This document shows positions 1 through 8,631 of a stretch of DNA of 64,000 nucleotides, in pieces (position 1 is the stretch's first letter; the number at the start of each line of letters is the position of its first letter). The position numbers and the translations under genes are program-made. The notes below the pieces were generated by a model. It worked only from the letters and a program-made list of their open reading frames with translations, made no database searches and was not told where the DNA came from. Origin of the DNA: a virus. The stretch lies in the IMG/VR virus record IMGVR_UViG_3300036761_003567, positions 43,224-107,223 of that record; one strand, written 5' to 3'.

Positions 1-180
1 GAGGCGCTTGCCGTCGGCGGAGGCATCTCCGTAAAGGTAGCCTGGTCAGACAAGTACAGGAGCTTCTCCATAGCTTCAGGGTCCATGATCATCCCGCTCA
101 TCAAGAAGGGGCTCGAGCCAGACGCGCCGGTTCTACCTGCCCCGGATGAATTAGAGGAAGCTTATGCTGCTGACGAGTAA
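1..180 (+). CDS. 3' end of a CDS running in from the left edge (unknown product)
   Basis: Frame 1 is open from base 1 to TAA at 178-180 (EALAVGGG...EEAYAADE*). Confidence 0.6.
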   Translation, partial: EALAVGGGISVKVAWSDKYRSFSIASGSMIIPLIKKGLEPDAPVLPAPDELEEAYAADE

Positions 181-397
181 GGATGGCATCGCCTGCGATC
201 TATGCGGGAGAGAATACAAGCACAAGTTCTCGTATTACTCTGCGGAATTTACGAAGATCTCGGCCGACGCCGAGAAGAAGATCACTGGCCCAACGGAAGT
301 GGACAAGAAGTATCTGAACCTGGACATCTGCCAGATCTGCTATGACGGCTTCGCAAAGAAGGTCGTAGAAGTCGCTAAGGCTAAGGGCATGGCCTAG
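164..397 (+). CDS. small Zn-binding hypothetical protein
   Basis: CDLC...CQIC pairs; tightly packed in the operon. Confidence 0.6.
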   Translation: MLLTSKDGIACDLCGREYKHKFSYYSAEFTKISADAEKKITGPTEVDKKYLNLDICQICYDGFAKKVVEVAKAKGMA

Positions 398-406
398 GAG
401 ATAAAG

Positions 407-754
407 ATGGGAACCTATGATATGCTAGAAGTCGTCATCGGCGGCGAGACGATGCAGGCACGGCCCGTGGCCTGGGCTGAGGAAGTGCCCATCAAGTTCC
501 AGACGACTTGCCCGAAATGCTCACAACTCATCGAGTTCGATGGGCACGACTTCGTCTGTGCCTCCTGCGGGACGCCCGGGGCCGTAAAGAATAACCCGCC
601 GCCCCCGGTCGGGATAACGGTGGCGGTCTTTCCGGATCTCAAGAACGTGGGGATGGTGGAACAGAAGATCCCAAAGGGGCCTATCCTGGACCCCCTGGAT
701 GAGGGCCTGTTCCCGAAGGACTTGCTGGATCTCCAATACCTGGAAAAATCATGA
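407..754 (+). CDS. Zn-ribbon hypothetical protein
   Basis: AGGAG SD; CPKC...CASC; ATGA overlap with the next gene. Confidence 0.65.
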   Translation: MGTYDMLEVVIGGETMQARPVAWAEEVPIKFQTTCPKCSQLIEFDGHDFVCASCGTPGAVKNNPPPPVGITVAVFPDLKNVGMVEQKIPKGPILDPLDEGLFPKDLLDLQYLEKS

Positions 755-1680
755 AAGTCGTAATCCTAGGAAGCGGCTTAGTTGGCCTACTCGCCAAGGA
801 AATCTTCGAAGATGCCGTAATCATCCCCTTCGGCAAGTCGCGATTCTTCTATTTCGCCCCACCCCTCGCTGATGACTTCATCATCCGTAGCGAGAAGATA
901 GACCCTTTCATGGGCCCGTGCCTAAGACAGTTTTTTGGGCACCTCGCAGCCGCACCTCTCATCATGAAAAGGGTAATTTCACTGGGCGGACAACTCGCAA
1001 CTGATTCTATCGCAATCAAGCAGTATATTTCGAAGGTCTACGAGGATGCTCCAGCCTACGCGCAGGACCTACTGAAGACGGAATTCGCTACTTATCCGAT
1101 GACGTGCCACAATCTTTATAGGAAGCTTCTGGCGAAGCACATCAATGCCTTGAGGGCCGAGATAGAGGTTCGCGGCATCCCATTGAAAATAGACCCGGGT
1201 ATCGTCCATTGCGATCTCGGCACCGTGGAATATGACCGAATCATCTCGACAATCCCGCTGGACGTCCTGCTGGAACTTACTGGCGTGTTTCAGTCGCTCT
1301 CCGCGCACGATGAACACTGCTTCCACATTACGACGGATGCTCTGGACTTTGAGGGAGCAAGCCAGGTCCTAGTCGCGGACAATCCTATCGGCTTTCACAA
1401 AGTCGACAAAGTCGGCATTTATGACTACATCTTTCACAATCTGGGATCCATTGAGACGCCGCTCCCTTATTTCGATGCCTTTATTGCCCATAACCGTTAT
1501 CGTATCGTCGGAGAGACGAAAATCCTTAAGGCGATCCCGAAATCGCCGCACGCTCCCCGGATTCCAGAACTAAAGGACAAGTTCAAGATAGACCTGGTCG
1601 GCAGCTGTGCGCAATGGGACGACTTCATGGACATCGCTTCGTGCACCTGGCGGCTTCTCCAGCTGAAGGACAAGCCGTAG
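751..1680 (+). CDS. FAD/NAD-dependent oxidoreductase (UDP-galactopyranose mutase / amine oxidase-like fold)
   Basis: N-terminal Rossmann motif VVILGSGLVG, central YDRIISTIPL, C-terminal GSCAQW. Confidence 0.7.
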   Translation: MKVVILGSGLVGLLAKEIFEDAVIIPFGKSRFFYFAPPLADDFIIRSEKIDPFMGPCLRQFFGHLAAAPLIMKRVISLGGQLATDSIAIKQYISKVYEDAPAYAQDLLKTEFATYPMTCHNLYRKLLAKHINALRAEIEVRGIPLKIDPGIVHCDLGTVEYDRIISTIPLDVLLELTGVFQSLSAHDEHCFHITTDALDFEGASQVLVADNPIGFHKVDKVGIYDYIFHNLGSIETPLPYFDAFIAHNRYRIVGETKILKAIPKSPHAPRIPELKDKFKIDLVGSCAQWDDFMDIASCTWRLLQLKDKP

Positions 1681-2388
1681 ATGACTTTCACTCAGGACTT
1701 CCCTGAAACCTCCAGTCTCCTACAATACTACCTCTTTCTGGATAGAAATATGAACAAGGATAGAAGGCACAGGATGCTGTCGTTGCTCGGAGCAGTATGC
1801 CACGAATGCCAGATGTGCGTCCTCGGAGAGCATGCCCAGGAAGTCAGGGGGCACAAATTCGACCCGCATTGCTGGAGTTCGATGAAAGTCTCAAAGATCA
1901 TGGTCATCGGACAGGGGCCTGGCCTGAATGAATGTCTGGAGGGGGTGCCATTCGTAGGGGATTCAGGCAAGAACTTCAATGAGGAGCTCGCGCGGCACGG
2001 CCTGACCCGGGACAATTTCTACATCAGCAACACGGTAAAATGCTATGCGCCTCAGAATCGTGCGCCGACGGAATCAGAAGTCAGTGCGTGTAAGCTCTTC
2101 TTACAGATGGAAATGGCCATTTTGAGGCCGGTGCTCATCGTGACCCTCGGGCAAGTCGCCTTCGACAGGATGTGTCCAAACCACGATTACTCGTCAAGCT
2201 TGGGGACGATTTCCAGAGATAACGGTTCGGGCCATGTGCCTGTCTTTGCGGTTTATCATCCGTCGCCGAGGAACTTGGAAGTGCCAGAACGGAAGGCGAG
2301 ATTCAAGAGACAGATGGCCGTCCTTTGTGCTCTCGTTAAGAAGATTGAGGCTGGCGCTCTAAAAGATAGCCCTGAGTCGTTTTCTTGA
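1681..2388 (+). CDS. uracil-DNA glycosylase, family-4-like
   Basis: CxxC cluster, GQGPG..E..G.PFVG.SG, N.VKC...NRAP, LGQVA and YHPS motifs. Confidence 0.85.
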   Translation: MTFTQDFPETSSLLQYYLFLDRNMNKDRRHRMLSLLGAVCHECQMCVLGEHAQEVRGHKFDPHCWSSMKVSKIMVIGQGPGLNECLEGVPFVGDSGKNFNEELARHGLTRDNFYISNTVKCYAPQNRAPTESEVSACKLFLQMEMAILRPVLIVTLGQVAFDRMCPNHDYSSSLGTISRDNGSGHVPVFAVYHPSPRNLEVPERKARFKRQMAVLCALVKKIEAGALKDSPESFS

Positions 2389-2680
2389 GCTTCCAACCAT
2401 CCTTCTCGACGAACTTCCGCAGCTTGCAGATGAGGGCGCTCGGGAAGCAGATTCCGAAGGCTTCTACCAGGTCCTTCGACGACACAGGTCCGCCCGCGGT
2501 CTGAAGCTTGTCCCTTAAGATCGTCAGCTTTTCCGGGCTATAAAGACAGAAGACTTCTCTCGGCTTGGACGCATCGATGAGGGATTTTAATCTCGATTGG
2601 AAAGTATCTGAAAATACGGCGGGGACTATCGTCCTGACTTCCTCGTCAGTAATTAAGAATACGTTCAGTATGTTGGGCAT
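2336..2680 (-). CDS. hypothetical protein
   Basis: 114-aa ORF with GTATTT 8 nt upstream of the ATG. Confidence 0.55.
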   Translation of the reverse strand: MPNILNVFLITDEEVRTIVPAVFSDTFQSRLKSLIDASKPREVFCLYSPEKLTILRDKLQTAGGPVSSKDLVEAFGICFPSALICKLRKFVEKDGWKLKKTTQGYLLERQPQSS

Positions 2681-2695
2681 GGAGATTTAAATACC

Positions 2696-3469
2696 ATGGC
2701 AAAATGTTGCCTCTACTGCGGAACACAGGAGAAGATCGTCATAGACATGACGATGTCCCTCGTGGAAGGGGAATCGCCGGTAGCCATCTCCCTGTGCGAA
2801 CAGCACCAGAACAAGACGCAACTTCCGTCTCTGAAGAAGGCCTACCTAAAGAAGAAACAGGCTATCGAGAAATTGAAGCAGCAAGCCAAGCAATACGGCT
2901 TCGACGTCATGGACACTGCCCCGGCAGGGCAGGCTATCAAAGTCTCAGTGCCCGCTAAGGCTGCTGGGCCTACTATCGTGCACGTCCAGAAATCTGGAGA
3001 GCAGACATCGCAACCTGCGCCCCAGGCTGCGCCGGCTTCACAGCAATCAGACGCTCAATCTGCCGTTTCTACGCAAGGAAGGCCTCTACTTGCCAATGTT
3101 CCGGAGGATACCGAGGCACCCAGATTCGCTGCTCACGAAATCGACAAGAAGAAGGCACCAAAGGTCCTATCAACCACGGAGCAGATTTACGAGCGTGGAG
3201 ACGGCCTGCCCATTAAATTGCCGAAGAAGATCGTGAGCGAGGCGGGCGAGACGAACATCCGGGTAGTCCAGACCGGTGGGGACGCTGCTATGCAGGCGCG
3301 GCTCAAGAACCTGAAAAGCCAACTGGACCAGAACGAGAACGCGCACTCCTTCAACAAGGACGGATACGCCCTGCGGACATGCACGCTCTGCCAGGGAAAG
3401 GGGAAGACGGCCATCAACGGTCAGATATGTACGAAGTGCAACGGAGCTGGTGAGGTGTCGAAACTCTAG
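2696..3469 (+). CDS. hypothetical protein with C-terminal DnaJ-type Zn finger
   Basis: CTLCQGKG and CTKCNGAG repeats; N-terminal CxxC. Confidence 0.7.
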   Translation: MAKCCLYCGTQEKIVIDMTMSLVEGESPVAISLCEQHQNKTQLPSLKKAYLKKKQAIEKLKQQAKQYGFDVMDTAPAGQAIKVSVPAKAAGPTIVHVQKSGEQTSQPAPQAAPASQQSDAQSAVSTQGRPLLANVPEDTEAPRFAAHEIDKKKAPKVLSTTEQIYERGDGLPIKLPKKIVSEAGETNIRVVQTGGDAAMQARLKNLKSQLDQNENAHSFNKDGYALRTCTLCQGKGKTAINGQICTKCNGAGEVSKL

Positions 3470-3789
3470 GGCCTGTCGAATTTGCCCTTCCTCTGAAGGA
3501 AGCCGGAGTGCCTTGAGCCCTTCCGCTTCGGTCCAGCGTCCCCGCCCATCAGATCCCCGCCTAATGGACTTCCGCGGCCAATCTTCCCCTGTACGGCGCC
3601 AATCGGCGCATTGAAGTAAATCCGATGCCTCGGCTTGAGCGGCGTATCTTGATTACCAGATCTCTGTGGCAGGAGCTTCTTTTGTGCGGGGTATGATCTA
3701 AGCGGGTCCTGCATTCTCTTGAAATACCGCAGACCCATGGCTTGCTTGAGGTCGCCTGCTGTGGATTCGAATAGCGCGGTCAGTCTCAT
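3466..3789 (-). CDS. basic protein, MRLTALFE N-terminus (putative head-packaged protein)
   Basis: N-terminus shared with other minus-strand ORFs; K/R-rich. Confidence 0.6.
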   Translation of the reverse strand: MRLTALFESTAGDLKQAMGLRYFKRMQDPLRSYPAQKKLLPQRSGNQDTPLKPRHRIYFNAPIGAVQGKIGRGSPLGGDLMGGDAGPKRKGSRHSGFLQRKGKFDRP

Positions 3790-4304
3790 TTTGCAGCTTT
3801 TAGGGCCTTGTCCCTCTCAGGTTGTGGGTTTGGCCCGCCCCCGGTCCAGGGCGGCTCGTGAGACATTTCGTGCTTGTCGGCATTGGAGGTGAGGTCGACC
3901 AGCTCGTCCATCCGCGGATTCCAGCCAGCAGCCCTCTCTCCGCCCTCCACCAGCTCCTTGATAACCTTGTCGACTGACTTCAGGGCGAGGTCGCGGTCCT
4001 CTTGCGGGAGGCCCATGGAGCGCATTTCGGTGTCCATCGCCAGCTTGAACGTCGGATCGTCGATGTACTTGTGGCAGTGAACCTTGCTGAATGCGGCAGT
4101 GAGGGAGTCGGCGAACTTACTTTCGGAGATCGCAAGCTGGTACATATCGTCGATGGTCTCTCGATGGAACTGCATGAAGTGAGAAGACTCCCGCTTCACC
4201 TGGTCCGGCTTGTGATAAGCCAGACCTAGCCTAGCATCCTGGTGCAACATGTTGCGGACGGCTTCCAGGAGGAGCTTCTCACTAGCGTTCATGGCAGTCT
4301 CCAT
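3786..4304 (-). CDS. hypothetical late-type protein (LLLE near the N-terminus)
   Basis: CAAAGATA motif upstream at 4318-4325 (minus strand); overlaps the next gene. Confidence 0.65.
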   Translation of the reverse strand: METAMNASEKLLLEAVRNMLHQDARLGLAYHKPDQVKRESSHFMQFHRETIDDMYQLAISESKFADSLTAAFSKVHCHKYIDDPTFKLAMDTEMRSMGLPQEDRDLALKSVDKVIKELVEGGERAAGWNPRMDELVDLTSNADKHEMSHEPPWTGGGPNPQPERDKALKAAK

Positions 4305-4336
4305 TTAATGGTCAACATATCTTTGAGGAAGGCTTT

Positions 4337-4582
4337 ATGTTTAGACAAAATGACATCGTCCGTTTGAAGGAAGAAAAGCACGTTAAATATGTCTCCGGCC
4401 CAAAGGGCAGGCCAGCCACGCCCAAAGGGGATTGGATAGTCGTCGGTTCCATGGGTGCGGATCTCATGCTGGCTAGAAACAATACTATCATCCGAATTCC
4501 CATGATCGACGTCGTCAAAATCGCTTCGTATGACATGGGTAGGATTCTCAAGGCAGTCGACGACGCAAAGCCAGTATTTTAA
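4337..4582 (+). CDS. small hypothetical protein (SH3/KOW-like)
   Basis: GAGGA SD; beta-rich 81-aa ORF upstream of recA. Confidence 0.6.
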   Translation: MFRQNDIVRLKEEKHVKYVSGPKGRPATPKGDWIVVGSMGADLMLARNNTIIRIPMIDVVKIASYDMGRILKAVDDAKPVF

Positions 4583-4610
4583 TTGAGCGCGGCCCCTTTA
4601 AGAGTATCCC

Positions 4611-5657
4611 ATGGCGAAAGAAAAAGATGAGTTCCAGGCCGAAGAGAAGGCGATCCAACATGCCTGGGATTCTGTCGAGAAGGACTTCGGCAAGGGTTCC
4701 GTCATGCACGGGCAGACGATCATCCGCGATATTGAGGCTATCCCGACGGGATCCCTTCGCCTGGACATCGCCCTCGGAATTGGGGGAGTTCCTCGTGGCC
4801 GTATCACGGAGATCTATGGTCCTGAGGCGTCAGGGAAGACGACACTCTGCATGGAAATTGTCAAGAACGTCCAAGCCAAAAAGGGCCGGGCAATGTTCGT
4901 TGACGTCGAGAACGCCTTCGACTCTGCCTATGCCAAGAGGATTAATTTAGACATGGACAAGCTCTACCTTTCCCAGCCAAACAGCGGCGAACAAGCCTTA
5001 ACCATCGTCGAGAGGTTCGTAGCATCGAATGCCATGGACCTTATCGTCATCGATTCCGTCGCCGGCCTGGTCCCCCAGGCAGAATTGGAAGGCGACCTCA
5101 TAGATAAGCAGATGGGCGCCCAGGCAGCCCTCATGTCAAAAGCCTTACGCAAGCTGGCGCCCATCGTAAACAAGACGAAGACCTGCGTCATTTTCACGAA
5201 CCAGCTGCGAGAGAAGATCGGAGTCATGTTCGGAAATCCGGAGACGACATCCGGAGGCCGCGCTCTGAAATATTGGGCGTCTGTCCGGATCGAGATCAGG
5301 CGCCTTTCGACCGTCAAGGAAGGAGACGATGCCGTCGCCATCATCGTCCGCGCCAAGGTCCAGAAGAACAAGGTCGCCCCGCCGTTCCGCCAGGCCGAAT
5401 TCAAACTCGTCTTCGGGAGAGGCATCCAAAGGGAAGCTTGCATTGCCGACATGGCGGAGCAGTGTGGTATCCTGAAGAGGGCCGGCGCCTGGATTTGCTT
5501 CAAGGACGAAAAGATTGGGAACGGCATAGATCAAGCTCTTAAATTCCTTGTAGAAAGGCCCGAGATAACAGCGGAACTGGAGAACCTGGTCCGGGAGGAG
5601 ATCCGGAAGAGGGACGTGATCATCAGCAAACCGGAGGAGGAAGCGCCGGAGGAATAA
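4611..5657 (+). CDS. recA: RecA recombinase (bacterial type)
   Basis: IPTGSLRLDIALGIGGVPRGR, Walker A GPEASGKTT, IDSVAGL, FTNQLREKIGVMFGNPETTSGGRALK, KNKVAPPF. Confidence 0.97.
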   Translation: MAKEKDEFQAEEKAIQHAWDSVEKDFGKGSVMHGQTIIRDIEAIPTGSLRLDIALGIGGVPRGRITEIYGPEASGKTTLCMEIVKNVQAKKGRAMFVDVENAFDSAYAKRINLDMDKLYLSQPNSGEQALTIVERFVASNAMDLIVIDSVAGLVPQAELEGDLIDKQMGAQAALMSKALRKLAPIVNKTKTCVIFTNQLREKIGVMFGNPETTSGGRALKYWASVRIEIRRLSTVKEGDDAVAIIVRAKVQKNKVAPPFRQAEFKLVFGRGIQREACIADMAEQCGILKRAGAWICFKDEKIGNGIDQALKFLVERPEITAELENLVREEIRKRDVIISKPEEEAPEE

Positions 5658-5688
5658 AAGATACGCCAGGCCCAATAGGAGTCTGGCT

Positions 5689-6081
5689 ATGGCTATTGTC
5701 AGCGCATTCCGGATCGATGACGTCGTGTATCTAAGGTCCTCGGCGCAGATCGGCTTCCTGGAAGCCTACAAGATCAGCGGGATCTTCCAGCTCAGGAACG
5801 ACCGGTATGTCTACACGATCGACATCAACAGGAGGCCGCCGTCCGCTCAGACGCTCGGCGACCATATTGACCTGAAGCGCATCCAGACGCTCTACTTCAC
5901 GGAGGATGAGCTTCTGACGTTCTGCGAGGCCGAGACGCTTGTCGTGCAGAATCTCGAGAGAAGGCTGCGGGAGGAGAAGGCTCGGTTCGCTGCCAGATGT
6001 TCAGTTTCACCAGGATCGGGAAGCACCGGTCCGACTCCGCCTGGAAGCGGGAGCGCCGGATCAACTGGGAGTGCCCCATGA
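5689..6081 (+). CDS. hypothetical protein with G/S/P-rich tail
   Basis: AGGAG SD; AAAAGATA motif upstream. Confidence 0.65.
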   Translation: MAIVSAFRIDDVVYLRSSAQIGFLEAYKISGIFQLRNDRYVYTIDINRRPPSAQTLGDHIDLKRIQTLYFTEDELLTFCEAETLVVQNLERRLREEKARFAARCSVSPGSGSTGPTPPGSGSAGSTGSAP

Positions 6082-6527
6082 ACAGACGATCTCTTTTAAA
6101 AGCCCTCACACTCCTCCCATTTGCACCCCTGCTCGGACGCAAGACAGAAGCAGCCATTCCGAATGGAGAAGACGACCTAGCCTATTGGCGGCGCATTCCG
6201 AATGGAGAAGACGACCTAGCCTATTGGCGGCACAAAGTAGAGCATTGCGAATCGATTGGGGACCATAAGAAGGCAGAGCTTTACCGCAGGAGACTGCTGC
6301 TCGCCGAGGACGTCGCTCTAATCCACGACATCCAACGGGCCAGAAATGGTCGGAAATTCTCTATGCACGTGGAACGTGTTGGTCGGGAAACTCTTTGCGT
6401 CACGATTCCAGCCGACCTATCGCCCCAGGAGGCCGTGAAGTATCTCGATTCCATAAAGAGACACTTTCGAAAAGTTGGGTGTCGCAATGCACGACGAGGT
6501 CTGGCACAAGCATATCTATTTAGCTGA
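6078..6527 (+). CDS. Tat-signal-like protein carrying a T4 gp20 portal-like fragment
   Basis: ATG at 6078 overlaps the previous stop; MNRRSLLK plus hydrophobic stretch; LLLAEDVALIHDIQRA...DLSPQEAVKYLDSIKRHFRK resembles portal [16 protein letters not shown]...GNMPARKA. Confidence 0.6.
   Translation: MNRRSLLKALTLLPFAPLLGRKTEAAIPNGEDDLAYWRRIPNGEDDLAYWRHKVEHCESIGDHKKAELYRRRLLLAEDVALIHDIQRARNGRKFSMHVERVGRETLCVTIPADLSPQEAVKYLDSIKRHFRKVGCRNARRGLAQAYLFS
6155..6231 (+). repeat. 39-bp in-frame tandem duplication (IPNGEDDLAYWR twice)
   Basis: cattccgaatggagaagacgacctagcctattggcggc at 6155 and 6194. Confidence 0.95.
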
Positions 6528-6536
6528 ACAAAAAGA

Positions 6537-7949
6537 ATGTCAGACGAACAGACCCTTCACGATAAGGATTCTCGCACGTTCGGCGAGAACGAAGAACAAG
6601 CCATCATAGCGCTAGCCTTCGACCTCCCGGAGTTTTTTAGCTCCGTCGTGCCCTACCTCCAGATCGATCACTTCAAGCACATCCCGTCCAAGTTCCTGTT
6701 CGCCATCATCAAGAAACTCATAGAGAAGCACCGGGTATCGCCGACCCGCGGCCTGGTAAAGGACATTGCCAGGAAGAATCTCACGGTCGATGACGATTAT
6801 GAGCCGATCATCTCCCTCATCGACAAGCAGTCTGATCCCCGGGAAGCTCCGGTTGTCAAGCAGTCCGTCGTCGAATTCGCCAAGCGTCGCGCCCTGGGAC
6901 TCCTCTACTCCAAGGAAGTCATGGAGGAAGTCTCGCGCGGAAATTATGACCGCGTGAACGAGATCGTCGAATCAGCCAGGAAGATCACCGACGTCAGCCA
7001 GACGGGAATCTGGTTCTTCGAGCGCGCTCACGAGCTCTTCACGGTGGAGAATGAGATCAAGTTCACGACGGGCTTCCCGAAGCTGGATAGGTACATCAAC
7101 GACGGCGGGCCTACGATAAGCGACGTCTTCGTCTGGATGGCTCCGACTAACGTCGGCAAGACTTACATGCTCTGCAACACGGGCGAGGCTAACGTGCGGG
7201 CCGGGCACAACGTCGTACACTTCTCCTTCGAAGGAGACATCAAGAAGACCCAGGTCAGGTACGCCGGCGCATTCACCAATGTGCCGGTCGTCACGCATAT
7301 GCATCGGATGGCGCACAAGGATCAGATCACGCAAATCCTGAGCCGATGCAAGGCCCATTATGGAGCGGAACTCGTCCTCTACAAGTTTCCTGCGGACGAG
7401 GTCAGCGTAGACACCCTCCATCAGGTCATGGACTTCCTGAGGCGGAACAAGGGCTTCAATCCGAGAGTCGTGATTATCGACTACCTGGAACTCATGGTCT
7501 CGCGGAACAAGTTCATGAACCGGGACGATTACGCTAGACAGAAGTCCATCTCCACGGAGCTGTGCGGATTCGCCGACAAGGAAAACGTGGCAGTCTTCAC
7601 GGCGACGCAGACCAACCGGTACGGCATGAACGAGGAAGAGCAGTCCAGCAAGAAGACGGCCGGGACTGGCGGCGGGAAGTCAATCGACCTGGATAAGATC
7701 GCAGAGTCCTTCGGGAAATCTATGCCGCTTTCCTACGTCGTGAGTATCAATCAGACGAAGAACGAATACGAGGCCGGCTACGACGCGAGCCGGGCTGAAA
7801 ACACAGCCGCCCGAGCGAGACTCTTCATCGCCAAGAATCGGAACGGTCCGAAGTCCGAGACAGTAGCTATCCGTATGAACTACGTCACCATGAAGGCCAA
7901 GGAGGACGAGCCGGCCGTCAACATTACGACGGTAGGCGGGAATTCCTAA
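6537..7949 (+). CDS. replicative SF4 DNA helicase (DnaB / T4 gp41-like)
   Basis: TTGFPKLD, Walker A APTNVGKT, SFE, IIDYLEL, ATQTNR, IAKNRNGP. Confidence 0.92.
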   Translation: MSDEQTLHDKDSRTFGENEEQAIIALAFDLPEFFSSVVPYLQIDHFKHIPSKFLFAIIKKLIEKHRVSPTRGLVKDIARKNLTVDDDYEPIISLIDKQSDPREAPVVKQSVVEFAKRRALGLLYSKEVMEEVSRGNYDRVNEIVESARKITDVSQTGIWFFERAHELFTVENEIKFTTGFPKLDRYINDGGPTISDVFVWMAPTNVGKTYMLCNTGEANVRAGHNVVHFSFEGDIKKTQVRYAGAFTNVPVVTHMHRMAHKDQITQILSRCKAHYGAELVLYKFPADEVSVDTLHQVMDFLRRNKGFNPRVVIIDYLELMVSRNKFMNRDDYARQKSISTELCGFADKENVAVFTATQTNRYGMNEEEQSSKKTAGTGGGKSIDLDKIAESFGKSMPLSYVVSINQTKNEYEAGYDASRAENTAARARLFIAKNRNGPKSETVAIRMNYVTMKAKEDEPAVNITTVGGNS

Positions 7950-8308
7950 TGCCAACTTACAACTACATCTGCGAACATCACAAGACGGAAGATAGTCAGG
8001 ATTTCGTCTTCGAAGTCAATCACGGCATGAACCAGAAGCCGGAAGTCCTCTGTCCCCAGTGCAAGAAGCCCTGTAAGAGGACTTGGCTGGGGATGACGTT
8101 CCAGTTCTTCTTCCCTGGCAATGGGCTGGTCAGAGATAAGGCAGGCGCCAGGCGTAGTATGAACCTACACCAACTCGAGAACGACGACCCCTATGGTTAT
8201 ATGCGCCAGCCGGGCGAGAAAGCGGACTTGGTGGACAAGCTCCGAAAGGGCGGCAAGCACCAGGGACACCCGAAGGTCATCGCGACCCACGGGATCAAGA
8301 AGAAATGA
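7949..8308 (+). CDS. FmdB-like Zn-ribbon protein
   Basis: MPTYNYIC...FEV.H.M....CPQC. Confidence 0.7.
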   Translation: MPTYNYICEHHKTEDSQDFVFEVNHGMNQKPEVLCPQCKKPCKRTWLGMTFQFFFPGNGLVRDKAGARRSMNLHQLENDDPYGYMRQPGEKADLVDKLRKGGKHQGHPKVIATHGIKKK

Positions 8309-8631
8309 GCTACTGTGGAATGCGTTTTCCAGGGTCGCCAGGTCTACTTCAAATGAAAACGTGGTACAGCGCCATCTGTCGCAAATGTGGAGAGGGCGCG
8401 CAGATCTTCGTCTCAAATCCGAGCTGTACTATGGCCTACCTTGGAGAGAAGGATAAGGAGATTCAAGCCTTCCTAGAGAAGCACTTCGGATGTGAGCTCG
8501 AGCTCATCTGGCGGGATGACCAACTGGACGCACTCTTCAATTCGGGCTGGAAAGTCAGCATTCTCCCGGGCGTCTGCCGTTATTTCCGACCGGAAAGTAT
8601 TTCATCTCCGTGTCCAAGCACGCCTTCGTAA
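8305..8631 (+). CDS. hypothetical protein
   Basis: Fills the gap between flanking genes; CxxC...HxxC; start uncertain. Confidence 0.5.
   Translation: MSYCGMRFPGSPGLLQMKTWYSAICRKCGEGAQIFVSNPSCTMAYLGEKDKEIQAFLEKHFGCELELIWRDDQLDALFNSGWKVSILPGVCRYFRPESISSPCPSTPS

Noticed and set aside
1681-2388. UdgX-type covalent UDG
   Set aside because: No KRRIH loop.
6155-6231. mini-CRISPR or repeat-derived RNA
   Set aside because: Two abutting copies, in frame within a CDS, with no spacer.
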